From Nitrospirota bacterium (GTDB taxonomy: Bacteria; Nitrospirota; UBA9217): a DNA stretch of 64,000 bases. The stretch lies in contig CAVWHO010000022.1 of NCBI GenBank assembly GCA_963754875.1, positions 64,001-128,000 on the forward strand, in the 5' to 3' direction. The position numbers and the translations under genes are program-made. Positions 19,344 through 30,439 of this stretch are shown piece by piece; positions within the stretch are counted from its first letter, which is position 1, and each line of letters starts with the position of its first letter. The notes below the pieces were generated by a model. It was not told where the DNA came from, did not search any database, and saw only the letters and a program-made list of their open reading frames with translations.

Positions 19344-20534
19344 CTATCCCGGATACACTACGGCGTATTCCACTTCACCGTGTCTGTTAAAGGCATCAGT
19401 AATTTTCAGTTCCTGCTCATACAGGGATACCATGCGACAAAATATCGTCACCTTCTCCTCAAACGGTACTTCCCTTGGATAGGGGTAGTTCATCAGAAAG
19501 CCGAACAGGTGGTTACCCGAAGCGGAAAAACCGTTCCTGATTGCGTCCAGGTCTATTACCGCCTCCTGCTCTGTCTCTATCAGCAGGTAGTTGCCGGCAA
19601 TATTATCGGCGATCGGAAGGCCGGGAGGCGCCGAATGCTTAACCTTCTGGCCCACTTTCAATATCGATTGCCAGGCTTCATCGGTCTGAAGATATTCCAG
19701 GGAGAGCTTGAGAGGGTAGAAAGGATTGGGTTCGAATATCACGGAATTGTTTCGGCCAAGAATTTCCTCGATGTTGGTTTTTGTCTTGAGTTCGAACTGA
19801 TCTTTCAAATGCTTTATCCGCCGCAGGTGCTCGGCCACCCTGCTCTGATACTTGATCTGGTTCAGATACTCGATGATCTGCTTCTGGATTTCGATCAGAT
19901 TGTGGCGATACTCGTTAATTTGATGGCGAAGTTGAACGACAATCTGCCTTAGCTCTTCATCCAGTGCTGCCTTGAAAAATGTCTGTTCATCCTCACCGAC
20001 GAGATTTTCAATCTGGTCGAGAAGCGAGCTGATATCCTGCCGTTTCCGGTCGTAATGTTCCAGCTTGGAGATCTTTACCGCATACGTCGGCTCCGTTTTG
20101 AAGGCGTGTTCGATATTCCTGTTGAGATCCATGATATTGCGGAGCGTTATTCGGCCTGCTTTTCGGAGAGATGATTTTATGCTCCGCAGATAGGCATATT
20201 TGCGACTTTCGTGGTTCTCCTGCAGATAATACAGTATCCCTTGCTTAATCTGCTGGATATTTTCATCAATGAAGAACGTGTTGATTTCCTCATTGACATC
20301 CAGGATGGTCTCGAGGAACTGCAAATACTGGTCGTCGATCTCGACGAAAGAGGCATTCGACCTGATGACGCCCCGCTCCTTCAGGAACTCCAACCGTTCC
20401 TCATCGAATTCGACCAGCTCGAGAGCGTACTCTTCTTTAAAGGGAATTTTTCGCTTCTCGAACAGCTCGGAGAGCAGGTTCCGTTCCCTATACAGAGCGG
20501 CAACAAGGTCTTTTACTGAATGGAAGTATTGCAT
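19344..20534 (-). CDS. jetA: Wadjet JetA-like kleisin subunit
   Basis: 396-aa helical protein, first of the four-gene SMC operon. Confidence 0.7.
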   Translation of the reverse strand: MQYFHSVKDLVAALYRERNLLSELFEKRKIPFKEEYALELVEFDEERLEFLKERGVIRSNASFVEIDDQYLQFLETILDVNEEINTFFIDENIQQIKQGILYYLQENHESRKYAYLRSIKSSLRKAGRITLRNIMDLNRNIEHAFKTEPTYAVKISKLEHYDRKRQDISSLLDQIENLVGEDEQTFFKAALDEELRQIVVQLRHQINEYRHNLIEIQKQIIEYLNQIKYQSRVAEHLRRIKHLKDQFELKTKTNIEEILGRNNSVIFEPNPFYPLKLSLEYLQTDEAWQSILKVGQKVKHSAPPGLPIADNIAGNYLLIETEQEAVIDLDAIRNGFSASGNHLFGFLMNYPYPREVPFEEKVTIFCRMVSLYEQELKITDAFNRHGEVEYAVVYPG

Positions 20535-20556
20535 TTATCTTGTTTTTAAATACCGA

Positions 20557-20871
20557 TCAAAATGAAGTGCACTTTTCATAAAACACGATGCCGACGCGCC
20601 GAATATGATCAACCACAGCTGGATCGGTTATTTGTGCAAAAATAGACAAATCGATCTTATACGGCAAAAGCAAGTCGTCGAGTTTATTTTCAATTTTGCG
20701 CAGGACCGTCGGAGACAAGCCGTTGCCGTACAGCGTCAGGTCGATGTCGGAGCCTGTTTTATAATTCCCCTTGGCGCGCGAGCCGTATAATATCGCTTTG
20801 TCCACTTCGGGATAGGCGGCCAAGACAGCCTGCATTCGTTCAATGGTCTTTTCGTCAAGCCCGTACTTCAC
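20557..20871 (-). CDS. Minimal nucleotidyltransferase (MNT antitoxin)
   Basis: LYGSRAKG...SDIDL motif. Confidence 0.92.
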   Translation of the reverse strand: MKYGLDEKTIERMQAVLAAYPEVDKAILYGSRAKGNYKTGSDIDLTLYGNGLSPTVLRKIENKLDDLLLPYKIDLSIFAQITDPAVVDHIRRVGIVFYEKCTSF

Positions 20872-21293
20872 GGTTGTTCTTCCTCTTTCAATTTATTCAA
20901 TTTCACTTGCAAGGCATTAAACGCTCTGTAATAATTGTCCCTGACAGCTTCCACGATTTCCAAAGCAGTCGATTCGTTGTAGGTATGCGTGGTAAGGTTC
21001 CGGCTCCTGATCATATCCATCCAGGTTTCGCCGTTTTCTATCAGGCCCGCCTTGAACGCTTCGCGGGTGGCGTCTTTTGACCCGTAGATGTTTTGAACGC
21101 CGCGACTTTCCAGAAAATCTTTCAAAGTATTCCAGGCCAGTTCGTGGGTGAATTCAAACGCCTGGATCATGCCCTGCTCTTCGAGCTTCGAAAGGTCTCG
21201 CTGCCCGGCCAATTCCACGGCCTCGGCCAATTGGCTCAGGGCTTTGCTGAAATTATGAAAGCGTTGTAACCAGCGGATGTCTTTTGCAGTCAT
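20868..21293 (-). CDS. HEPN / nucleotidyltransferase substrate-binding protein (HI0074-like)
   Basis: IQAFEFTHELAW and RNLTTHTY (Rx4H) motifs; coupled to the MNT gene. Confidence 0.9.
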   Translation of the reverse strand: MTAKDIRWLQRFHNFSKALSQLAEAVELAGQRDLSKLEEQGMIQAFEFTHELAWNTLKDFLESRGVQNIYGSKDATREAFKAGLIENGETWMDMIRSRNLTTHTYNESTALEIVEAVRDNYYRAFNALQVKLNKLKEEEQP

Positions 21294-21500
21294 GATTCTT
21301 GCTCCTTTTTACGAGTGACTTGTTGATATGATGAAGTTCTACGAACCCTCTATAGGTGCTGATTCTACACAGCCACTCTTTGCAGCGGCAATGGAAGCGA
21401 ATTGGTTTCTTCGGACAGCGTTCGCCAGCTTTTTGCTGAGCGATATGCCAACCCTGAAATTTCCGATTAACGGTCAAGGCGGAATGACAACATAAAAAGC

Positions 21501-21599
21501 CTCCACCCGATTAATCACCAGTACCATGACATCGTCCTGAACAAGGACAAGGCGTACCAGATCGTCGGAGTGGTGATGGAGGAGAAGCAGTATAAGTAG
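21501..21599 (+). pseudogene. C-terminal fragment of a LexA/CI-type S24 peptidase repressor
   Basis: LHPINHQYHDIVLNKDKAYQIVGVVMEEKQYK* resembles the S24 tail (LxPxNxxYxxI...IxGVV); no start found. Confidence 0.55.
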
Positions 21600-21605
21600 C
21601 AAGCG

Positions 21606-24600
21606 CTACGCCACAACAAATCCGTCCTTCAGCAGCGTCTCGACGTCATGTTTTATCTGAGCATAGACGAAGTTCCTTAATGGACACATTTCCGAAGAAT
21701 GGTCGTAACCGCCACTTCCCCCATATCTTCCGACGCTAACCAAGGGTATTGGTTGATGATCACGAAAAATCGAATCCAATCCGCGATGATGCCATGATCT
21801 AAACATGGTGAAGTCGTCATACTTGAATCTAGATACAGCCGGCCTAGCTACGACCTCTATTGCGGGTTCACTCGAATCGTACTTGAATCCAAACTGCAAA
21901 CTGCCTGCATGCATTGAATTCATTTCAGTATCAAACTCTACATATACGCCAGAAGGCATCTCAGAATAGAATTCAAACCGATCTTTCAGCGTGGGAAAGC
22001 ATACATCTACAAGTATTTTATACTCCTCAAAATACCTACGAAAGAACACTTCGATGTAGTTCCTGAATTGCTTCTCACTATACTGAGCGCAGATAAGCTG
22101 TGGGATCCAACCTTGGCTCCCTCCTCTGCTATGAAGCGTAGTATATATTTGATCACCTGTAATATCTGGTGGCGGAAGACAAGGTGAGGTTATCTGCCCG
22201 TATCTGTGCTGAATAGTTTTTAGAGCATCTAGCAACACTGAATAGAGCTGCGATTTTCCAATAACTCTGGAGGGTGGGATTGCGCTGCCAGCATCGACAG
22301 CCGCTTGCGATTTTTGTTCTATGTCAGCCCAGTTTAACTGTTGAGGACTGAAGTTGTAGGATACTATATTCCCGTTTCTTTGAGTCTTGATCCGGCCGGC
22401 GTCGATTTCCTGCTGTATTGCTTCATTTTGGTAAAATTCGCGTGCGTAAATAAGTTTCACTCTTCTTTCGATATCAGCGCAGCTAATCGGAAATAAATGC
22501 GTTAAATCGGGCAACCAATTATAAACAGTTGGTTTTGGAAAACCTAGTTCCTGTGAAGTGTTATAAATTATTGCGATAGATTTTTCTATGGCAAGGGCTT
22601 CATTGCTAGATTCGTTTAGTTGGCCTTTTTTAATAATTTTTTGCAATTGCTCTACGACTTCTGCACGAGCTGCATCAATAGGATTTGACGAAATAAAATC
22701 CTTTGATCTGCTTTTGAATGTAGCCACACCCATTTTATATAATTTGGGCGATAGCTCTTCGCGCGAGAGAACGGGAAGCACCTCCAGTAATGCGTTGTCT
22801 GCGTCTTGGAGAGGACGAAATCCATATGCAGCTTGCAATGCATGCTGATTGTCAGATATAACAAGTCCTATCATCCCTGACGTAAAAGGCTCAAAGCGGT
22901 CCTTGATTGTTGGAAAATGTGTTTCGATCAATCGAATGTATTCATTCAGAAATACTAATGCCCTTGTTTGGCGATACTCCAACAATATTTTCCTGTGGCT
23001 ATCTTTCGCAATTGAATTGTACCAACTCAAAACACTTAACCCCACCTGACTTTCGAATAGCGATGGGATGACTTCGCGCAGTTTATTGTCTGTCTTGCTT
23101 GATAATTTCAATGATAACGTAGCAACGACAAAGTCGCGTATTCTTGTGTAATAAAATCCAATATGATTTAATCCATCATCGGACTCAGAACGCGACAGTA
23201 TATTGTAAGTAAATAATTCGTCCGGAAGTTTATCACTTGGCTTCATCGAAAGAAAACAACGAAGATGAGATTCTTCGACTCGATCAGACAAAAAAGGCTT
23301 TTTGTCCCCATCTGTGCCAGCATGCAACAAAGCACTTCCGACACCGTCCAGGTAGTTTAGTGCAAGCTCCTTATCGGTTTTTTCAAGTTTTTTGTCTAAA
23401 TACGCCTTCAGTATAGCTACATCGTCTATAGTCTGTGGCAGTTCTTTCCCCTCATAAACTTCAGCGATGATTCTAAGCATGAAGCCGAGGGAGCACTCTC
23501 TTTTTGTTTCACCTATTAATTGGCCTCGATACTTAAATACGCTTCTGTATTTGTTGTCCAAAATATCGAGTTCATCATTGTCAAAGCGTGTGACATAAAT
23601 GCCGGGCATCTTCTTTATGACTCGATCTTCTTGGTCTGTATTTACAGCAGATGAATGCTCATAAATATGTTCCGCTATGTACGTAGGGTTGCCCTTTAGC
23701 GTAAGATAATTATTCCATTCCAGCGACTTACAGGTAACACAAATCTTAATATGCTGGTACGGCTGTATTTTTCTCACCAAATCGTTAAGATCTTGAACAA
23801 AATTTGGTGCCGACGCCTCATCAATTGCATCAATGAATATGCAAACACGCCGGTTTTCATGATGCGCCAAATCATCTAACCTTTTCACAATTTCGACTGC
23901 TTCAAGTTGAGGCGAAAAGAACCAATTGAAATCATCTCTGATATTGCCGACTATATCTCCATATATATCTGCCGCGTTATAAAATAGGACGACGTGATCT
24001 CCAATAGCCTTCTCTGCAAGACCGCATATTAGGTTGGTTTTACCAACACCAGATTCACCAATCATTGCAAACACTATTGAAGAACTTTTCAGATACTCAT
24101 TAAATTGTTCATGAATAATCCTGCGCTCTATCCATAGTTCAGGAATATACTTCTTCTGCACTTTTGTTATACTGCCCTTCAACGTCAGCATTCTTGAATC
24201 TACTTGATAGCGAGAAAATACTGATAGATTTGCTGAAGACAGGCCAATAAAATTCAATAATGCTTCATATCGTTTTTCAAATTCTTCGCTTGCTGCTAGT
24301 TTGCAACCATTTTTCCAGAAGTTGGATTGACTGCCGATTTCATACCCCTGCAGATCCTTCTTTTCTATCGTATCGACTATCCGCGTTTCTTTTCCATTGG
24401 TAACAATTACGAAAGGCGCTATCGGATGGACTAATCTTGCATATGATATAGCTTGATCGACATCGCTATCAGTGATGCTTAAATTATCCGCCTTCACTTC
24501 GATGATGAAAAGATTTACGCCTCCCTTTTTGCACAGGATGTCGGAGCGCCCCCCCGCCGTAACAACCTTGCTAACCGTATTCTCACTTTTGCCTAAGCGT

Positions 24601-24713
24601 ATACTAAAAGATGTTTCAAACTGTATTTCATCTGAAGATACACTGAGACTCTGCAGGTAAGGCAATACCAGTTTATTTTTAAGGTCTTCTTCTGTAATTA
24701 ATATTTTCTGCAT
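21606..24713 (-). CDS. HsdR_N-like PD-(D/E)xK nuclease fused to a NACHT/STAND NTPase (candidate antiviral STAND)
   Basis: GRSDIL...IIEVKA...QAISYA; Walker A GESGVGKT; Walker B IFIDAIDE; AT-rich; start at 24713 or 24740. Confidence 0.8.
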   Translation of the reverse strand: MQKILITEEDLKNKLVLPYLQSLSVSSDEIQFETSFSIRLGKSENTVSKVVTAGGRSDILCKKGGVNLFIIEVKADNLSITDSDVDQAISYARLVHPIAPFVIVTNGKETRIVDTIEKKDLQGYEIGSQSNFWKNGCKLAASEEFEKRYEALLNFIGLSSANLSVFSRYQVDSRMLTLKGSITKVQKKYIPELWIERRIIHEQFNEYLKSSSIVFAMIGESGVGKTNLICGLAEKAIGDHVVLFYNAADIYGDIVGNIRDDFNWFFSPQLEAVEIVKRLDDLAHHENRRVCIFIDAIDEASAPNFVQDLNDLVRKIQPYQHIKICVTCKSLEWNNYLTLKGNPTYIAEHIYEHSSAVNTDQEDRVIKKMPGIYVTRFDNDELDILDNKYRSVFKYRGQLIGETKRECSLGFMLRIIAEVYEGKELPQTIDDVAILKAYLDKKLEKTDKELALNYLDGVGSALLHAGTDGDKKPFLSDRVEESHLRCFLSMKPSDKLPDELFTYNILSRSESDDGLNHIGFYYTRIRDFVVATLSLKLSSKTDNKLREVIPSLFESQVGLSVLSWYNSIAKDSHRKILLEYRQTRALVFLNEYIRLIETHFPTIKDRFEPFTSGMIGLVISDNQHALQAAYGFRPLQDADNALLEVLPVLSREELSPKLYKMGVATFKSRSKDFISSNPIDAARAEVVEQLQKIIKKGQLNESSNEALAIEKSIAIIYNTSQELGFPKPTVYNWLPDLTHLFPISCADIERRVKLIYAREFYQNEAIQQEIDAGRIKTQRNGNIVSYNFSPQQLNWADIEQKSQAAVDAGSAIPPSRVIGKSQLYSVLLDALKTIQHRYGQITSPCLPPPDITGDQIYTTLHSRGGSQGWIPQLICAQYSEKQFRNYIEVFFRRYFEEYKILVDVCFPTLKDRFEFYSEMPSGVYVEFDTEMNSMHAGSLQFGFKYDSSEPAIEVVARPAVSRFKYDDFTMFRSWHHRGLDSIFRDHQPIPLVSVGRYGGSGGYDHSSEMCPLRNFVYAQIKHDVETLLKDGFVVA

Positions 24714-24729
24714 GAAATCGCTAAATGCC

Positions 24730-27700
24730 TCACGCACCATTAATGATCTTAATGTCCGTATCCGTCAAACCATACAGCTCAAACACCAATTGATTGATTT
24801 GCTGGTCAACTGCATCGACTTGACGCTGGAGAGCCGTCTTTTCGTGGTCGGTTTTGACCTCGGGTCCTTGTTTAGTAAGCGAAAGCATCTGTTCAACCAG
24901 AGCAACTATTTTATCGCGTTTTACTTTTTCACTTTTATTGCTGTGATCGATAACTTTAATCGGGACTTTTCCCATATACTGATAAATTAAACGATAACGA
25001 TATTGGCCGGCGCGAACTCCAAAGGGAATGCTGATATGACTTATAGCAAACCAGAACAAAGAGCTATTCAACAAACCGAGTAAATAACGATCGTCAGTTC
25101 CGAGGCAGTAAGCTGTGTTGGCTAAATAATGGCCCTTTTCATCAAGCGAGAATCTTGGTCCTTTCGCTATATCTGGATAAACGATCTTCGGACCGTCAAA
25201 GACTTGGTAGTAGGCCACGTCATCTTGAATTTCATACCATTTGTAACTGCCTGGCTTTCGTCCAACTTTATCTTTTGAAGACTTCTTGGGTGTAAGCTCG
25301 GATCGCCAATTTGATAAGTGTTCCTTGATAGCAGGATATTCATCAATATTGATTCCTCGCCGTGTAAAGATCAGCCACAAATCCGTATTGTTGTAGATAT
25401 AGCGGCGAATATCTTCGCCACCCAGTAGTGGCTTTATAAGTTGACCGCTTGATTTGTCTTTTGCAATTAACGCTTTTCTTGTTTTACTATCAATGATGAA
25501 AGCTTCATTTAACCCGGTTTTAATGCCATAATTAATGCTTCTCTTTAAGTAATCTCCAAGCGGTTTTCCCGCCTTCATCACCTTATCGAAGACCATAGCT
25601 TCTTCGTCCGATTTTAAAGACCATGATTCGGACGAAAGTCGGTCGTGCGGAATTCTAAAGGAATTATCGACAACGTATTCATTGAGGTCACGTATTTCAA
25701 GCGAAGGGATTTTCGTTACTTCCACTCGCGCCGGTTGTTTGCCTTTCGTGAACAGCGGAATACAGACATAGGTGTCTTTGGCATTGGCGAACACAGGTAA
25801 GCCGCCGAAATCAACTATTCTAAGCACTGCGGCATGTTTTTTCAACGTTCGGCGTAGTGGTTCTCCATAGGTCGTGCGGAGAAAACTGCTTGAGACAATG
25901 AAACTGAACCGCCCGCCTTCGCGCAGTAGCTTGACGCTGCGCTCCATCATATAGGCATAAAGGTCTGCAACGCCATCGAACGCTTCATAGTGTGACGCAA
26001 AATAATCTTTGAAGTCGGATAATGATTCCTGCCTCACATATGGTGGATTGCCTATCACCGCATCGAATCCGCCAGCTTTCGTAATCTCGGAAAACTCTTG
26101 TTCCCAATCAAAGACATTCACGCGATACCGGTCTTCATCGTCCAGCATTGTTTGTTGCTGATAGAAATCGGGACCGACGAGTGAATTCCCGCACTTGATG
26201 TTGTCTCCAAGATCGGGCAGCGCCCTTTCATGGAACATGCGGAGCTGGTTCGCAAGAGTCTGGTTGTTCTCGCCTTCGAGCACCTTCAGAAGCAATGAAA
26301 GCTTTGTCACTTCCACAGCCTGGGAGTCGATATCCACACCGTAGATGTTGTTCAGAAGAATACGCTTTTTCTCCGACGTGGTGAGATTCCAATTCGGAGT
26401 ATTAGGATCAGGCGACGGGCCTTGATAAATTGAGGGCTGCTTTGTCTTTGCCCATTTATCGGGCTCGTTGCTCGATGTACCATTTCAAATGCCAGTCGAG
26501 AAGATATTGATATGCACCAAGCAAGAACGATCCAGAGCCACAAGCCGGATCGAGGATCTTCAGTTTCTCGACATCTTTCGGTTTCTTGTCCTCGACCAGC
26601 TTCCCCACGGTGTTCTTGACGATGTAATCAACGATGTACTTCGGCGTGTAATAGACGCCGCCAGCTTTTCTGACCTCGGGTTTTTCCTCTACCTTTGCCT
26701 GATGTCCTGCTGTGAGGCGAATGACCTTGCCGAGGAACTGCTCGTAGACCTGGCCGAGAATGTCGGCGGAGAGCACTGAGAATTCATAAGGGCTCTCGGG
26801 ATAGTAGAGCCGGTTGATGATGTCCTTAAGAGGCTTATCGTCAATGGAGATATTCGGAGTGAGCTTGTCCGGGTCCTCGTGCCGTTCCTTTTCCCGCTGG
26901 AAATGGAACAGGCCGGAGTTGTACCGGTCATCGGCCTGGCTGAAAAGCTGCACGAGCCGCTTGTAGACGTTCGTGCCGTTCAGCTGCGTCTGGAGCCTGC
27001 CGTATTCCTCGATACCCCGGTCTTCGCAGATTCGCAGGAACACGATCCGGTCGATGGTGCGCTGCACCGCGAAGTTCAGTTCGCGCGTGGTCAAGTCCGC
27101 GTTCCGCAGCGCGATATTCTTTGCGAGCATGTCCCGCCAGTCTTCGATCTCGGTCAGGAAAGCATCGTCAACCGTTGCCGTCCCCTTCTTGAGCTTCGAG
27201 GACTCGGCGTACTTGTCAAAGGAACCTTTAAGAACGGCTTCGCGGGAAAAGATGTTGACGAGTTCATCCCATTTAGCCGGAGTAGTCTTTATAAGTGAAG
27301 TACAGCACTCGACCGGTGGATGCTTTATCGGTCTGGACAGGTTTTATGCGACAATCATAGACGGCGAATTCCTCAAAGTCGGTGAGAATGCTGAGCGGAA
27401 GTTTTGCAGACCAGGCATAGCGCCTGAGCTGAAAGGCGGGACTGACATCGTCCTTGAGATTGACTGCGGGTTTTTTCGCTTCAACAAAGAACTTCTTGAC
27501 GCTGCCGATCCGAAAGCAGTAATCAGGTGCCTTGGTTGCGCCGCCGATCTTGATCGCGTCTTCGTGGATCACATCCCGGTACGCTTCGGCGTACCCCGCT
27601 TTGTTGGTCATGTCCCAGCCAAGAGCGCCAAGAAACGGGTTAAGAAAGTCCTGGCGAAGCTGGGCTTCGTTGTACTGTCCGCCCTTGTAGGCTTCAAGGT

Positions 27701-27749
27701 TCCGGTCAAAGCGTTCGATCAAATCAGCAATTTCATTCGGTAGCCCCAT
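24730..27749 (-). CDS. Type IIG (Eco57I-like) restriction-modification enzyme, about 1005 aa, with two +1 frameshifts (~27280, ~26470)
   Basis: N-terminal APDY...FVEAK nuclease, ILDPACGSGSF (motif I), GNPPY (motif IV), TaqI-C-like TRD; the fragments join if one base is removed at each site. Confidence 0.88.
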
Positions 27750-27777
27750 CAGCACCCCGTGTGGATAGTCTTACGTG

Positions 27778-28125
27778 TTATAACTCCGTGTACTTCTTTG
27801 CCGTACCCTTAGCCTTGTGAACCGGGTACTTGGTTTCGTTCTTCGCAATCTTCTTTTCTACTTCAGCCAGCAAGTCAATCTTGTATTCCTCGCTGAGATA
27901 TGTGAGGAAGATAAAGATATCAGATAGCTCTTCTTTTACGTTCTTGAGTTCTTCTGCTGAGAGATTGCGGGACTGCTCGGTGGTCTTCCAGAGGAAGTTT
28001 TCAAGCAGCTCCCCCGCTTCAATGGAGAGGGCTTCGGCGAGGTTCTTGGGATCGTGGAATTGCGCCCAGTCACGCTCGTTCCGGAATGAGAGGATCTTTT
28101 TCTGAATTGCTTCTAAATCACTCAT
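27778..28125 (-). CDS. MazG-like nucleotide pyrophosphohydrolase
   Basis: RDWAQFHDPKNLAEALSIEAGELLE...EELSD. Confidence 0.9.
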   Translation of the reverse strand: MSDLEAIQKKILSFRNERDWAQFHDPKNLAEALSIEAGELLENFLWKTTEQSRNLSAEELKNVKEELSDIFIFLTYLSEEYKIDLLAEVEKKIAKNETKYPVHKAKGTAKKYTEL

Positions 28126-28423
28126 GCTCCTCCCCGACGTGCATTAAGCCTATAATAATACGGCACTTTACTACAGGTCACGGAAAATGTCCAGAAGAGA
28201 TGCGCAATTTGAAATGCGTGATTCGATCCGCTTTTGACGCTTTTTCAGCTTGAGTCCCATATTCAGCAGGGATTCCCAAGATACCTGCCTCAAGATCCAT
28301 TTCAGACCATTCGGCATGACGAAGTTCTCCCAGGGCGCACACATTTCACAAAGAACGAGCCGTTATGGCCATCGAGGCACGGAGAAGAGATGCCGCTTCC
28401 TGCAAAACGCAAATGAAAATTGC

Positions 28424-28472
28424 TTGACATTCAAACACCTCTTTTGTATCATTTAATTATCAATGTTAATTA
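28424..28472 (+). promoter_or_regulatory. Integrase promoter (TTGACA-17-TATCAT) followed by an operator copy
   Basis: -35 at 28424-28429, -10 at 28447-28452, ATTTAATTATCAATGTTAATTA at 28451-28472. Confidence 0.75.
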
Positions 28473-28585
28473 AATGATTTTCAATTGCTGAGCACTGAGA
28501 ATTATCTGTTTACTGCAGGGTCTGACCAAAGTTAGCACACTGTTTGTATCAGATCTTACCCAAGGCACGAGGAGCAAGGGATGTT

Positions 28586-30424
28586 ATGAAGAATAAAAGG
28601 ACACTGGACTTACGAGAAGCAATGGTTATTCCCCCGAAGAATAAAAGGGCACTGTACTTACGCTGCTCCACAGACATGCAGGAAATGTCCATCCCGGACC
28701 AACGGAAGGTCCTTCAGAAGTACTGCGCTGAAAAAGGGTATGAGATCGTCGAGGAGTTTCAGGACGAAGGAATATCCGGCACCACCTTTGAAAAAAGGCC
28801 GGGTGCCATGAGACTCTTCCAGAAGGTCCAATCCGGACATCATGACTTTTCGGGAGTGGTGATCCTGAACGAATCCCGGTTCGGCAGGGCGCCGAATACC
28901 AAAGAGACATTTCACTACGAGTACCTCCTGGAAAAAGCAGGCGTCTTTGTAGAATACGCGCAGAGCGAGAGCAACATGCCGGGCGCCCCCGGCCTAATTA
29001 TGCGGGCAGTAAAGTACGAGCAGGCCGCCGAGTTCAGCAAGCAGCTCTCGAAGGACGTGATCCGCGGCCATTCCACCGCGGCAGGACTGGGGTATTCTAC
29101 AGGGGGATTTCCGCCTTTCGGGTACACCAGGATGGTCTGCGATGAAACAGGGAAGGAACTTTTCACCCTGGTTCCCGGACAACGCAAGGCAATCAAAAAC
29201 CATTGGGTCAAATGGGTCCCCGGAGACCCGCGTGACGTCGCGCTGGTAAACCGCATCTTCACCCTCTATGCCGAGGGCAGTAAGGGCTTCAAGGCGCTTT
29301 GCAAGGTCTTTAACGACGAAAAAATACCATCACCAAAGGGGGGGCTCTGGGGAACGGATACGCTCCGATCGATTCTTGTGAACAGCGCCTACATCGGCGA
29401 GCGCATATACGGGGGCAAGTGGTCGAAAAAAGTTCAGGAGAAGGTCATCTGCCAAGAGGCTCACGAACCCATTATTACTTCGGACCTCTTCGAGAAGGTC
29501 CAGGCATTGATGAAGACGAGAGATTTTGGGGCTTGCAGCGGGATGCGAACGGAATACCTTCTTTCTGGAAAAATTGTCTGTAAGAGCTGCGGACACAAGT
29601 TCCAGGGCCGGAAAGTAAACAACGGCAGTGGAAAAGAATATATATACTACGTTGATTCAGGCCACACGCAATATCGAGTCTGTAAACCCCTTACGATCCC
29701 GAAAACCACGAAAGGCGAGGTCGTCGGCATCGAGGACTTTATTATCTCCGAGATACAGAAGATGCTCGATTCCGACCGGTATGTCGAGCGTTTTAAGGAA
29801 CATTTGAAGGAAGCCTTGATCAACATCGAACGGGAGACGGAAAACGCATATCCTGCCGTCCAGAAGAAGCTGAAAGGCCTCGATGCGGAGATCACGAAGC
29901 TTCAGGATGCCGTCATTTTCACCGAATCCCGGTCAAGGAGTCTCGCTGAGCGGTTAGTCAGGGCCGAAGAGGAGCGGGAAAGCCTTCAGAAGGAACTCGC
30001 AAAATACGAGGAAGTAAAAAAACAACCCAGCAAAGTGCTCCTCCTGGTCAACGAGTACGCCAAGATACTCAAAAACCTCGGAGACACATTGAAAAAACGT
30101 ACACCGGGAGAACAGAAAACCGCGATTAGCTACTTCCTGGACAGGATTGAGGTGCTGAGGGATGAGGGAGTGGCTCGCTGCTACTTCTACGACACTCCAA
30201 GACCGCGGGAAATCGATTATGCTCTGCCGGTCGATACCGGCCGTGTATGTAAAGATGGTGCCGAAGGGGGGACTCGAACCCCCATGGGTTGCCCCACACG
30301 CCCCTCAAACGTGCGTGTCTACCAATTCCACCACTTCGGCACAGGTGAAAAACTTCAACAACAGGATTACCCGGAACACAAAGGGAAAAAACTATTTCTT
30401 GCTCTTTTATATCGTAACTTCTGA
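28586..30424 (+). CDS. Large serine recombinase (integrase)
   Basis: YLRCST catalytic Ser, SRFGR, PFGY recombinase domain, CKSCG Zn ribbon, coiled coil; the ORF runs through the tRNA. Confidence 0.93.
   Translation: MKNKRTLDLREAMVIPPKNKRALYLRCSTDMQEMSIPDQRKVLQKYCAEKGYEIVEEFQDEGISGTTFEKRPGAMRLFQKVQSGHHDFSGVVILNESRFGRAPNTKETFHYEYLLEKAGVFVEYAQSESNMPGAPGLIMRAVKYEQAAEFSKQLSKDVIRGHSTAAGLGYSTGGFPPFGYTRMVCDETGKELFTLVPGQRKAIKNHWVKWVPGDPRDVALVNRIFTLYAEGSKGFKALCKVFNDEKIPSPKGGLWGTDTLRSILVNSAYIGERIYGGKWSKKVQEKVICQEAHEPIITSDLFEKVQALMKTRDFGACSGMRTEYLLSGKIVCKSCGHKFQGRKVNNGSGKEYIYYVDSGHTQYRVCKPLTIPKTTKGEVVGIEDFIISEIQKMLDSDRYVERFKEHLKEALINIERETENAYPAVQKKLKGLDAEITKLQDAVIFTESRSRSLAERLVRAEEERESLQKELAKYEEVKKQPSKVLLLVNEYAKILKNLGDTLKKRTPGEQKTAISYFLDRIEVLRDEGVARCYFYDTPRPREIDYALPVDTGRVCKDGAEGGTRTPMGCPTRPSNVRVYQFHHFGTGEKLQQQDYPEHKGKKLFLALLYRNF
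30256..30340 (-). tRNA. tRNA-Leu (GAG)
   Basis: GCCGAAGTGGTGGAATTGGTAGACACGCACGTTTGAGGGGCGTG...GGTTCGAGTCCCCCCTTCGGCACCA; long variable arm, encoded CCA. Confidence 0.96.
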
Positions 30425-30439
30425 GCTGCGACAGAACAG

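Larger units (their letters stand above)
10332..30340. mobile_element. Serine-recombinase integrative element / defence island at the 3' side of tRNA-Leu (left boundary uncertain)
   Basis: LSR abuts and overlaps the tRNA; phage-like small ORFs, RHH regulator and defence cargo; shared operator at 13469-13490 and 28451-28472. Confidence 0.8.
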
